Positions 41,190 through 50,591 of a stretch of DNA of 64,000 bases are shown in pieces. Within the stretch, counting starts at the first letter, position 1; each line of letters opens with the position of its first letter. Made by a program: the position numbers and the translations under genes. Under the pieces are notes generated by a model. That model did no database searches. It saw nothing but the letters and a program-made list of their open reading frames with translations, and was not told the origin of the DNA. This DNA comes from an uncultured Verrucomicrobiae bacterium (GTDB taxonomy: Bacteria; Verrucomicrobiota; Verrucomicrobiia; Chthoniobacterales; JAFAMB01): assembly GCA_963813025.1 (NCBI GenBank), contig CAWEXO010000002.1, positions 99,364 through 163,363 of the forward strand, read 5' to 3'.

Positions 41190-42211
41190 TCTTTGGTTAG
41201 ACGGGCTGGACGGATCCGGCGTCGGGCCGCGCTGAAGTCACCAAAGAGGCCCTGGGGCCGGGTGATCATCAGAACGATGAGAAGCAACGAGTACAAGATC
41301 AACCGGTTTTCCAGTAGCCCCTGAAAGGCCGGCGGTACGATCTGGCTGTGAGCCAGCGTCCGTAAAAGCTCGGGCAAGATTGTCAGCAACGTAGCGGCCA
41401 GGATAACTCCGGCGGTGCTGCCCATCCCACCCAGGATCACCATGACCACGATATCGACCGATTTGAAGAAATTGAATCCTTCGGGCGTGAGAAACGCCTT
41501 GTAATGTCCATACAGTCCACCAGCGATGCCCGCGAAAAAAGCTCCGACCACGAAGGCGATCACTTTGTATTTTGTTGTGTTGATCCCCATCGCTTCGGCG
41601 GCGACTTCGTCGTCACGCACCGTCAGGAAACCGCGGCCATAAGTCGAGTTGACCAGGCTCAGCACCACGTAGGTACAGACACCGGCAAAGCCAAACGTCC
41701 AGAACAGGTCGGTGTAAGCGCCCGAGACGCTGAGCCCGCGGGCCGCTCCAAGAAAATCGGTATTCAAAATGGCGGTGCGAATGATCTCACCAAATCCGAG
41801 CGTAACGATCGCCAGATAGTCTCCGCGTAAACGCAATGAAGGAATGCCCACAACCACCCCGGCGACGGCCGCCAGAATACCGCCAAAGAGAAGCGAGATC
41901 ACCAGCGCCAGATTGGTCGCCAGGGCATTGGTGGGGCCGTCGAAAGCAGAGAGAATCCCGTGATCAAGATGATTTGACCAGCTCGCGGCAGCATATGCGC
42001 CAACTGCCATAAACCCGGCGTGTCCCAGGGAAAACTGTCCCGTATAACCGTTTACCAGGTTCAGACTTACGGCGAGAATGATATTGATGCCGATCGAGAT
42101 CAGGACGTCGTAGTAGTAGGCGTAAGTGGTCGAAAGAACGTGCTCCAAAGTAAGAGAAACAAGCAGACAAAGAAGCAGGTAACCGGCAAGCAGACCGCGG
42201 GCCCTTCTCAT
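41186..42211 (-). CDS. livM: Branched-chain amino acid ABC transporter permease
   Basis: GQFSLGHAGF, LRLRGDYLAIVTLGFGEI, RPQGLFG. Confidence 0.93.
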   Translation of the reverse strand: MRRARGLLAGYLLLCLLVSLTLEHVLSTTYAYYYDVLISIGINIILAVSLNLVNGYTGQFSLGHAGFMAVGAYAAASWSNHLDHGILSAFDGPTNALATNLALVISLLFGGILAAVAGVVVGIPSLRLRGDYLAIVTLGFGEIIRTAILNTDFLGAARGLSVSGAYTDLFWTFGFAGVCTYVVLSLVNSTYGRGFLTVRDDEVAAEAMGINTTKYKVIAFVVGAFFAGIAGGLYGHYKAFLTPEGFNFFKSVDIVVMVILGGMGSTAGVILAATLLTILPELLRTLAHSQIVPPAFQGLLENRLILYSLLLIVLMITRPQGLFGDFSAARRRIRPARLTKE

Positions 42212-43158
42212 ACTTTCTCTCTCTCTACTTTCCCGAGAAGGCCGGTCGGTTTGAACAGGAGAATGACGATGAGAACCGCAAAAGCGATCGCATCGCGCAA
42301 CTCTGGCCGGAGATAGCCGACGACCAGTGTCTCCAGTTCGCCGATGATCAGCCCGCCCAGAGCGGCTCCCGGAATGTTTCCGATTCCGCCCAAGACCGCT
42401 GCAACAAAGGCTTTGATGCCCGGCAAATTGCCCATCAGCGGGGCAATGGAAGGTGAGTCGAGGGAAACGAGAATTCCTGCGGCGCCAGCCAAGGCCGATC
42501 CCAGCGCAAAGGTAAAAGAGATCACCGCATCATTGTTCACCCCCATGATCGCGCAGGCCGTGGGATTGAGCGAGAGCGCGCGCATCGCCAGACCCATTCG
42601 GGTTTTCATGACGATAAAGCGCAGCAACAAGAGCAAGATGATGGTCGATAAAATGATCGCGCCTTGGGTCGTGAGTACGGTCAGATCGCCCAGCCCAGGA
42701 ATAGGCTGAACCGGTATGAGCTGGGGAAAAGCTTTCGGCTCCGCCCCAAAGAAGAACTGAGTCATGTTCTGAAGGAAAAGCGAGACCCCGATGGCGGTGA
42801 TGAGTACCGTAAGTCGCGGCCGCGCGCGGAGCGGCCGATAAGCGATTTTTTCAATTAAGACGCCGAGCACCGCGCAAAAAGCCATCGAGACAATCATCAC
42901 GAGGCCGGCGGCGGCTAGAATATTCAGAGCATTCTGTGGCGTAAAAGAGTCATACTGCGCCGTTGGCAAGAACTTAGCGACCGCCGGCGCTACGAAGAAC
43001 CCGCAGAACGCACCCAGCATGTAGACGTCGCCATGGGCAAAATTGATGAAGCGCAGAACACCGTAAACCATGGTGTAGCCCAGAGCGATGAGCGCGTAAA
43101 TTGAGCCGAGCGAGAGTCCATTGAGTAGCTGTTGGAAAAATAAAGTAACCTGCTCCAT
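42208..43158 (-). CDS. livH: Branched-chain amino acid ABC transporter permease
   Basis: YALIALGYTMVYG...INFAHG, KAFVAAVLGGIG, KPTGLLG. Confidence 0.93.
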   Translation of the reverse strand: MEQVTLFFQQLLNGLSLGSIYALIALGYTMVYGVLRFINFAHGDVYMLGAFCGFFVAPAVAKFLPTAQYDSFTPQNALNILAAAGLVMIVSMAFCAVLGVLIEKIAYRPLRARPRLTVLITAIGVSLFLQNMTQFFFGAEPKAFPQLIPVQPIPGLGDLTVLTTQGAIILSTIILLLLLRFIVMKTRMGLAMRALSLNPTACAIMGVNNDAVISFTFALGSALAGAAGILVSLDSPSIAPLMGNLPGIKAFVAAVLGGIGNIPGAALGGLIIGELETLVVGYLRPELRDAIAFAVLIVILLFKPTGLLGKVEREKV

Positions 43159-43162
43159 TGAA

Positions 43163-44298
43163 CTAAGGGTTAATAGCTTCTAACATCTTCGTCTCACCAT
43201 TTTCTATGCCCAAAACAACAGCCGGTTTGGCTGCATTCCGGTTTGCGTCGATTGAAATGGCGCCGGTCACACCGGGGAACGATTTCGTTGCCGCGAGGGT
43301 ATCACGGATTTTCCGGGGATCTTTGGCGCCAGCCCGCTGAATGGCTTGAGCGAGCAGCTTGGTACCATCGTACCAGAGGGCCGCCAGGGCGTCGGGACTC
43401 TCGTTATAATGCTCTTGATAGGTGCGAACAAACGTTTGGACGATGGGTGACGGATTCTGCGCCGAAAAATGGTTCACATAGTAACACCCATTTGCGGCTT
43501 TTCCGGCAATCTCTATAAGCGCTGGACTGTCCCACCCCTCACCTCCCACAAATGCCATGGTGAGCCCAAGCTGCCGAGCCTGACGAATCACCAACCCAGC
43601 TTCAGGATAATAGGCCGGGAGAAAAATAACCGTCGGGCGCAGCGCTTTGGCAACGGAAAGCTGGGCCCGAAAATCAGTGTCGCCGCTGCTGAACGAGATC
43701 TGTCTCAAGACGCGGCCACCGTGCTTATCCATATATTGCTGGATCGCCTCACTCAGACCAATGCTGTAATCCTGTTTGACGTCGGTCAGAATTACGGCCT
43801 GGCTAACAGCCAGCCTGGTGAGGGCAAACTGAGCCATCGCCTGGCCGGTGAACGAATCGATAAAACAGCTTCGAAAAATATAATCGCCGATCTTGGTCAC
43901 CGCGATGTTTGTCGCACTCGGCGTTAGCAAGGGCACTTGGGCAGCCTGCGCGAGCGGCGCCGCTTCCATCGTGGCCGACGAGGTCAGGTCGCCCAGGATC
44001 GCCAAGACGTGGTCCTGGGACAAGAATTTTCTGACGATCGTCGCCGTCTCGCCCGGTTTGGAGGAGTTGTCCTCAAGCAGAAGTGTAAGCGGCTCCCCGA
44101 GCACTCCACCCTCAGCATTGATCTCTTCCGTCGCCAGACGAGCGCCTTGTGCGCTCGAAACACCAAAAGTAGAGAGCGCTCCGCTCAAGCAGGTCACCGC
44201 GCCGACCCGGATCTCCGCGAATGCTCTTTGCATTGGACTAACCGCGGAAAAAACCACGATCGCAAGCGCTAGAACAACCTCCCGGCCTGAACGGTCAT
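43163..44298 (-). CDS. Liv-type ABC substrate-binding protein, copy 2; start uncertain
   Basis: Peripla_BP_6-like and paralogous to 44518-45657. A likely ATG at 44298 is out of frame by 1 nt; otherwise the frame runs through the REPIN to 44521. Confidence 0.85.
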
Positions 44299-44335
44299 TA
44301 TGGAATGCCAGTAGCGCCTGCCAATCCCCAGCTTG

Positions 44336-44501
44336 TCTTGGAGTGCGTGCGACTTGTCGCCGCTTTAGGATCCGCGCGGAGCGCGGCTTCCACCGAGAAC
44401 GGGACCACGAAGTGCGGAGTTTCCTGGCGAAAGGACTCGCCGGATTGGCAGTCGCGCTCCGCGCGGTCTCAAAGCGGCGACAAGTCGCACGCACTCCAAG
44501 A
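44336..44501. repeat. REPIN-like doublet, GGAGTGC family, with perfect 31-bp inverted arms
   Basis: TCTTGGAGTGCGTGCGACTTGTCGCCGCTTT / AAAGCGGCGACAAGTCGCACGCACTCCAAGA, plus an inner CCGCGCGGAGCGCG pair. Confidence 0.88.
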
Positions 44502-44517
44502 GCAAATTGGGCCAAGC

Positions 44518-45657
44518 TCAATTCGGGTTCACCTTTTGGAAATATTGAAAGCGTCCTCCTTTGATGGCGAGAATAACCGCAGGTTTTGAGGCATTTCTTT
44601 GCGCATCAATGGTGATTGAGCCGGTCACCCCGGCGAAATCGCGGGTTTGCGCTAGCGCAGCGCGAACCGATGCGGGATCATCGGACCCCGCCCGGCGGAA
44701 TGCATCGATCAGCAGACGCGCTGCATCGTAGCCCAGCGCAGCAAAAGTATCGGGCCGGGAACCGAAGATCATCTGATATACCTTGACGAAGTTCTGCACC
44801 ACGGGCGCTGGATCGTCAGCCGAAAAATGGTTGGAAAAGAAAGAACCCTCAGCCGCGCTGCCTCCAATCTCGAGCAGCGTTGGGTTGTCCCAAGCCTCAC
44901 ATCCGAGAAAGGTCGCGGCGATGCCAAGCTGCCTGGCCTCGCGCAAGATCAGGCTCACCTCCGGATAATAGCCGGGGAGGAAAATCACGTCCGGATGGGT
45001 TACTCGGACGCTGGAAAGCTGCGCGCGGAAATCCTTGTCGCCGCTGGCGTAGCTTTGCTCTTTTACGACCGTGCCGCCGAGTGCGCTGAAAGTGTCTTTA
45101 AAGTATTGCTGAAGGCCCACGCTGTAGTCCTGTTTCACGTCCGTGAGAATGGCCGCTCGATTGGCGTGAAGCACTTCGCGGGCAAAACGGGCCATTACCT
45201 TACCTTGGAATGAATCGATGAAACAGATCCGGAAAATGTAGTCGCCAACTTCGGTAATCTTCGGATTGGTCGCGGTCGGCGTGACCAGAGGAATCTTGGC
45301 GTCTTGGGCAATTGGGGCCGCTTCCAACGTTGCCGAGGACGTTAGATCTCCAATGATCGCTCTCACTTTGTCCTGGGTGATCAGTTTGCGGGCGATCGTC
45401 GCCGTTTGGCCGGGCTGCGACTGGTTATCCTCGGTAATGAGATCGATGTTCCGCTGGAGAACTCCTCCGTTCCGATTGGCTTCATCGACCGCCAGCTTGA
45501 TCCCCTGATGGCAGCTCACGCCGTACTGGCCGATCGCTCCAGTGATGGGATTCATCTCACCAACCTTGATCGGTGATTCCTCGCCCACAGCGGAAGCGAT
45601 CAGGGCGAAGAGCAAGATCAAATTGTAGACATGCACCAGTCGTTTTCGGAAGCTCAC
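44518..45657 (-). CDS. Liv-type ABC substrate-binding protein, copy 1
   Basis: Signal peptide, IKVG...PITG, GDYIFRICFID, DFRAQL, ALGYDA, GVTGSI. Confidence 0.9.
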   Translation of the reverse strand: MSFRKRLVHVYNLILLFALIASAVGEESPIKVGEMNPITGAIGQYGVSCHQGIKLAVDEANRNGGVLQRNIDLITEDNQSQPGQTATIARKLITQDKVRAIIGDLTSSATLEAAPIAQDAKIPLVTPTATNPKITEVGDYIFRICFIDSFQGKVMARFAREVLHANRAAILTDVKQDYSVGLQQYFKDTFSALGGTVVKEQSYASGDKDFRAQLSSVRVTHPDVIFLPGYYPEVSLILREARQLGIAATFLGCEAWDNPTLLEIGGSAAEGSFFSNHFSADDPAPVVQNFVKVYQMIFGSRPDTFAALGYDAARLLIDAFRRAGSDDPASVRAALAQTRDFAGVTGSITIDAQRNASKPAVILAIKGGRFQYFQKVNPN

Positions 45658-45839
45658 GGTGAATCGTAATTGACACGATTGTCTATTTGGTTACCTGCCG
45701 CAAAACAATCTCCGGAAGAAGAAAACCGCTCTTTTACATGCTTCTCCGGCGGCCTCTCCATCTTCTGCGGCCCGGTTAAGTTGGCGCACGAATCACCAAT
45801 CGAAAAATTCCGGAAGCAACAGGTTGGCGTAGCGGTCGA

Positions 45840-45867
45840 TTGACATGATTTCTTTAACCACTAGGGT
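45840..45867 (+). promoter_or_regulatory. Putative sigma70 promoter of the polyprenyl synthase-radC unit
   Basis: TTGACA (45840) N16 TAGGGT (45862), 6 nt before the GTG start. Confidence 0.4.
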
Positions 45868-45873
45868 CGGCTC

Positions 45874-46902
45874 GTGAAACTTTTCACAAAGTCCGCGCTT
45901 CGCGGTGTCGCTGCTGCCAAGCTTCAGCACGCGGTTGAGCTGATTAATCCTCATCTGTACGCCGTCGAAGAGCGCATCAGGGAGCAGGCTCGCGCCTTCG
46001 ATCCGGCTATCGAAGGTTATGTAGCCTACAGCCTGACCAGCGGAGGGAAACGTCTCCGGCCCGCTCTGGCCCTCCTCTCCGGCGCATCGACGGGAACGAT
46101 TGGTTCGAGTCACATCGATCTGGCGGTTATCGTCGAACTCATTCACCTCGCCACGCTGGTCCACGACGATATCATGGACGGAGCGGAAATTCGCCGCGAT
46201 CAGCCAACCGCAAGTGCTAAGTGGGGCAACACCGTCGCGGTATTGCTGGGAGATTGCCTGTTTGCCCACGCACTCAAGCTGGCCACCGGCTTTCAGAACC
46301 CGGAGGTGAATCGACGGATTGCTCACGCCGCGACGGAGGTCTGCTCAGGCGAAATCATCCAAACCCAGCGCCGGTACGACCTCAACCTCACCCAGCCTGA
46401 TTACTTTCAGATCATTCAACTCAAGACCGCCGCGCTTTTCGCGGTGGGAGCAGAACTTGGTGCATTGATCAGCGAAGCCAGCCCGGAATTGATCGGTGCA
46501 TTGAAAGCCTTTGGGTCGAAGATGGGTACCGCTTACCAGATCTACGATGATTGTCTGGATATCGCTGGCAATGAGGATAAAGCGGGCAAGACTCTGGGCT
46601 CCGATCTCCGCAAGGGGAAGTTGACTTTGCCTTTGATCTATCTGCTGGAAAACGCTTCGCCGGGCGAATTCCAGCGCATCAACCAATTATTGTTGCGCGG
46701 GGACGAGCAAGAGCTGGCGGCGCTTGGGCAGGATGTCCACCGGAGCGGAGCATTGCGCCGCGCGGTCGATGCCACGAAGAGCCTGGTTGCAGAAGCGCAA
46801 GCGATCCTGCAGCAGGTGCCCGTAAACAAATATTCACTGGCCCTGGCCGAGGTGGGCGACTTTTTATCGAATACCGTTGACCAGTTCGCCGAAGCGGCCT
46901 AA
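45874..46902 (+). CDS. Polyprenyl diphosphate synthase (IspB/HepT-like)
   Basis: GGKRLRP, ATLVHDDIMD...RR, LLGD, KTAALF, YQIYDD, GKLTLP. Confidence 0.93.
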   Translation: MKLFTKSALRGVAAAKLQHAVELINPHLYAVEERIREQARAFDPAIEGYVAYSLTSGGKRLRPALALLSGASTGTIGSSHIDLAVIVELIHLATLVHDDIMDGAEIRRDQPTASAKWGNTVAVLLGDCLFAHALKLATGFQNPEVNRRIAHAATEVCSGEIIQTQRRYDLNLTQPDYFQIIQLKTAALFAVGAELGALISEASPELIGALKAFGSKMGTAYQIYDDCLDIAGNEDKAGKTLGSDLRKGKLTLPLIYLLENASPGEFQRINQLLLRGDEQELAALGQDVHRSGALRRAVDATKSLVAEAQAILQQVPVNKYSLALAEVGDFLSNTVDQFAEAA

Positions 46903-46922
46903 CTCTTTTTGCGCATGTTACC

Positions 46923-47624
46923 GTGATGCGCAATCTGACCATTCGTGAACTGCCTTACCAGCAACGTCCCCGGGAGAAACTCCAGACCAGAGGCGTTCAG
47001 TCCCTCACCGACGCGGAGGTCTTAGCGATTCTCCTGCGCACCGGCACTCGGGGACAGAATGCGGTTGAGCTGGCTGGACGTTTGCTCGAACAGTACGGCT
47101 CGCTCGCCCAGGTCGCTCGCGCCGAAGTCGACGAACTCAGTCGCCTCAAAGGAATTGGCCCGGCAAAAGCCATCCAACTGGTTGCGGCGTTCAGCATTGG
47201 CACCCGCTTGGCCGCGGAGCAGCGGACCACCGCGTGCCTTGATACGCCCGAAGCCGTCTACGAATTGCTGGCGGCCGAACTGCGGCTGCTTGACCGCGAA
47301 TCGCTCCGGGCGGTCCTGCTCGACAGCCGATACCGGCTCCTGACGGTTTGTGAGATCTCGCGAGGCACGCTTAACGAAAGCCTTGCGCATCCGCGCGAGA
47401 TCTTCAAAGCAGCCATTTCCCGTTCCGCCTACGCAATTGTGGTGGTGCACAATCATCCCTCGGGTGACCCCAGCCCCAGCGAGGCGGATCTGCGCCTGAC
47501 CCGAAAACTGGGGGAAGCCGCGCGCTTACTCCAAATTAACCTGCTCGACCACTTGATTATCGGGGCCAAAAGTGGAGAGCGTCCAGGCTATTTTAGTTTC
47601 AAGGAAGCCGGCTTGATCGGCTAG
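46923..47624 (+). CDS. radC: RadC (JAB/MPN domain) protein
   Basis: RPREKL, GIGPAKA HhH, HPREIF, HNHPSGDPSPSEAD, LLDH. Confidence 0.95.
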   Translation: MMRNLTIRELPYQQRPREKLQTRGVQSLTDAEVLAILLRTGTRGQNAVELAGRLLEQYGSLAQVARAEVDELSRLKGIGPAKAIQLVAAFSIGTRLAAEQRTTACLDTPEAVYELLAAELRLLDRESLRAVLLDSRYRLLTVCEISRGTLNESLAHPREIFKAAISRSAYAIVVVHNHPSGDPSPSEADLRLTRKLGEAARLLQINLLDHLIIGAKSGERPGYFSFKEAGLIG

Positions 47625-47719
47625 GGCAGCGGTTAGGGCAGCGCCTTTGGCAGCATCACGACGCAACTGGTTGTTGGGCGGAGCAAAAGGTCTTGTTGGA
47701 CTTTGACGAGACTTGAACC

Positions 47720-47820
47720 ACTCCTTCAGATCTGGGCGCGTGAGCGTTGCATAGCGCCCGACGGCACCGTCGGTACTCCGGTAAACACGCCCAACACGTC
47801 GCGCGATCCTCTCGATCCGA
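47720..47820 (-). pseudogene. Possible IS66-family transposase relic
   Basis: LGV/LPEYR..C.RALCNAH resembles the IS66 TnpC GxLPxFxG...HALCNAH segment; very short and frameshifted. Confidence 0.4.
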
Positions 47821-47904
47821 TCCGACGAGGCCGTCGGCGCTACGTAGCGTTTCTGCGCGGAGCCTGACGCGTCCTCGATGAACCGAGCGATCGCGCAAAC
47901 GTCA

Positions 47905-48060
47905 CTTTGAACGAGGTGGAATTTAGCGCTACGGCGTTCGACAGGTCAGCCTCGCCGACCAACTCCGAGACGAATGTCTGGCGCGCCGGTGCATCGAAGG
48001 CAGCCACAAACCCAAGCAGAAGGGCAAACACGTACACCTGCCACAATTGGACAAGCCAGG
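47905..48060 (-). pseudogene. Internal fragment of an MFS transporter (MFS_3-like)
   Basis: [30 protein letters not shown]...[12 protein letters not shown]; both ends missing. Confidence 0.8.
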
Positions 48061-48061
48061 C

Positions 48062-48395
48062 GTCGATCCAATTGTCGCAGGCCGGAGTGAGCGAAAAATC
48101 GTTTGCCGCCCGTCGGTCGGGTCCGGCGCGCCGCTCACGAGCCCGGCCGCCTCCAAAGCCGAAACGTTCGCGCCCATAGATTGCGGACGCATACCCTCAG
48201 CCCGCGCGAGGGTTGTCACCGTTGCGGACCATCGCGCTCCAGACGACGGAGCACCGACACCTGAGACGAAGTCAGGTCTCCCACAGATGCCTGTTCCCGT
48301 AGCCGCCGCATCAGCCTGCCAATCAGAACACGAAGCTCGCCTGCCAGAGCCAAGACGCGCGCGATGTCGGGATCGTCCGGTTGCGAATGAACCAT
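48062..48395 (-). pseudogene. MarR-family regulator, frameshifted and 3'-truncated
   Basis: LAGELRVLIGRLMRRLR...LTSSQVSVLRRLERDGP / [14 protein letters not shown]...LEAAGLV...DPTDGRQT. Confidence 0.8.
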
Positions 48396-48524
48396 TTGGA
48401 GTGCGTGCACTCGTCGCCGGCTTTGGGATCCGCGCCGAGCGCGGCCGTCAACCAGCCGCTCGGTCTCGCCCTAGAGGCCGCGCTCCGCGCGGTCAGAAAG
48501 CGGCGACAAGTCGCACGCACTCCA
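48396..48524. repeat. REPIN-like doublet, GGAGTGC family
   Basis: TTGGAGTGCGTGCACTCGTCGCCGGCTTT ... AAAGCGGCGACAAGTCGCACGCACTCCA. Confidence 0.85.
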
Positions 48525-48566
48525 TAAGGCTTCGGCGTCTCTCCGGCAGACTCGAGGCCGAGGACC

Positions 48567-49367
48567 CTATCCCTCTCGTCCTTTGACCTTGCTCCAGGGG
48601 GTATACGAGCAAATCCCTCGCTCCGACTTTTCAACAAAATCCCAGAATATCGCGATCTCCTTCGCCCAGGGCCGTTGACGGGCGACCGAGATGGCTTGTG
48701 CCGTAGTCAAACCCGCAAAGTAGAGCAGCCGGAAAGCGTCCTTGACCTCTTGACGAAGCGCCGCGCTGAAACCGGCGCGGCGAAGCCCGACGACGTTCAT
48801 CGCCACCACCGAATTGAGTCCGGCGGCCACACAGAACGGCGGGATGTCTTTGCTGACGGCCGCGACGCCTTGCAGGATCGCCGTCGTCCCAATTCGCGTG
48901 AACTGGTGAACCACGGCGCCGCCGCCCAGAAAAGCACGGTCGCGTACTTCGACATATCCTCCGAGCAAGACGTTGTTCGCGAGGATCACGCCATTCCCTA
49001 CCTGCGCGTTGTGCCCGACGTGCGCACCAACCATAAGCAGGTTGTTGGACCCCAAGACCGTCAGAGTACCTTCCTTGGTCCCACGGTGAATCGTGGCGTA
49101 TTCCCGGATGACGTTCTTTTCTCCGATCTGTATTCCGGTTCGGGATTTCGGTTCGAAACTAAGGTCCTGCGGGTAACTCCCGATGATCGCCCCGTAACCG
49201 ATCCGATTGTCTTGGCCGATCCTGACCTCGCCGGAAAGCACCGCGTGGGCCTCGATCCGCGTACCGGAGCCAATCTGCACGGGTCCTTCAATAACCACCC
49301 CGGGGCCAATCTCCACTTCGGTTCCAAGCTCAGCTTTTGCGTCGACAATTGCACTCGGATGGATCAT
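48567..49367 (-). CDS. lpxA: Acyl-ACP--UDP-N-acetylglucosamine O-acyltransferase
   Basis: IHPSAIV hexapeptide repeats, PQDL, IREYATIHRGT, HVGHN, VHQFTRIG, NVVGLRRAGF. Confidence 0.9.
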   Translation of the reverse strand: MIHPSAIVDAKAELGTEVEIGPGVVIEGPVQIGSGTRIEAHAVLSGEVRIGQDNRIGYGAIIGSYPQDLSFEPKSRTGIQIGEKNVIREYATIHRGTKEGTLTVLGSNNLLMVGAHVGHNAQVGNGVILANNVLLGGYVEVRDRAFLGGGAVVHQFTRIGTTAILQGVAAVSKDIPPFCVAAGLNSVVAMNVVGLRRAGFSAALRQEVKDAFRLLYFAGLTTAQAISVARQRPWAKEIAIFWDFVEKSERGICSYTPWSKVKGREG

Positions 49368-49550
49368 TCAATTCGAGCGGTCTAGCCGATCTCCAAACTC
49401 CCGTCCACTCAAACGATCATGAAGCCGGAGTCTTTTGCATTTGATCCTCAAATTTTCTCTTGGTTAAGTACGCCTTTTGCATGAACACCGACCAGCTTTT
49501 CACCCAATGATCAAGGCTAGCGCGAGAAAATATCAACCGATGAAGACGAA

Positions 49551-50522
49551 ATGAATGTTTTTGTCACGGGAGGAGCCGGGTATGTGGGCAGCGTTTGCGT
49601 CGAGGAAATGCTCGAGCGGGGATTCAATGTCACAGTATTTGACAATTTAACGGAAGGCCATCGCGGAGCGGTCGATCCGCGAGCCACATTTATTCAGGGC
49701 GACTTGGATGATCCCAAATCCATTGCGCTCGCCCTCGAAACGACAGAACCCGACGCGGTCATGCATTTCGCGGCCAACGCTCTGGTCCCGGAATCGATGG
49801 TCAATCCCTTTAAATATTTTCACAACAACGTGTGCGGTGGTTTGAATCTGTTGCAAGCAATGTCGGAACGAAAATTGCAACGGCTGGTTTTTTCTTCCAC
49901 GTGCGCGACCTACGGACTCCCGGACCAGGTACCAATCGAAGAATCAACGCCGCAAAACCCGATCAATCCTTACGGTGAATCAAAGTTGATGTTTGAGAAA
50001 ATTCTCCGTTGGTTTTCCCAGATTCACGGGCTGATTTTTACCTCGCTCCGTTACTTTAATGCGGCCGGTGCGAGCGAAAAATTCGGCGAACAGCACCGGG
50101 TGGAGTCTCACTTAATTCCGCGTGTTCTGCAGGTGCCGCTCGGCCTGGCTGAGCCCGCCGAAGTTTTTGGTTTGGATTATCCGACTCCGGACGGAAGCTG
50201 TATCCGGGATTACATTCACGTGCGTGATCTGGCAGAAGCGCACATCCTGGCGTTGAAGGCTGAGCACAGCGGTTTCTACAATCTGGGCACGGGCGGAGGA
50301 ACTTCCGTGCTCGAGGTTGTCCAAGCCTGTCGCGATGCTACCGGCCACGACATCCCGGTGGTCGAAAGACCACGCCGGCCAGGTGATCCCGCTCGACTGG
50401 TCGCGTCCTCGGAAAAAGCCAAATCGGAGTTAGGCTGGACTCCGCGGTTTACTGACATCGATTCAATTGTACAGAGCGCCTGGCAATGGCATCGGCGACA
50501 TCCCAGAGGCTATGGAGAATGA
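49551..50522 (+). CDS. galE: UDP-glucose 4-epimerase
   Basis: TGGAGYVGS, HFAA, FSST, PYGESK, LRYFNAAGA, RDYIHV. Confidence 0.95.
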   Translation: MNVFVTGGAGYVGSVCVEEMLERGFNVTVFDNLTEGHRGAVDPRATFIQGDLDDPKSIALALETTEPDAVMHFAANALVPESMVNPFKYFHNNVCGGLNLLQAMSERKLQRLVFSSTCATYGLPDQVPIEESTPQNPINPYGESKLMFEKILRWFSQIHGLIFTSLRYFNAAGASEKFGEQHRVESHLIPRVLQVPLGLAEPAEVFGLDYPTPDGSCIRDYIHVRDLAEAHILALKAEHSGFYNLGTGGGTSVLEVVQACRDATGHDIPVVERPRRPGDPARLVASSEKAKSELGWTPRFTDIDSIVQSAWQWHRRHPRGYGE

Positions 50523-50591
50523 TCAATGATTCAACAAACCGGTGGCGTGAGGGCACGGTACTGATGCTGACCTGATCTCGGGCCGCCTGCC

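Noticed and set aside
46923..47624. radC as a marker of a prophage or ICE
   Set aside because: It is the full-length HhH-containing form coupled to a housekeeping gene, with no integrase or transfer genes nearby.
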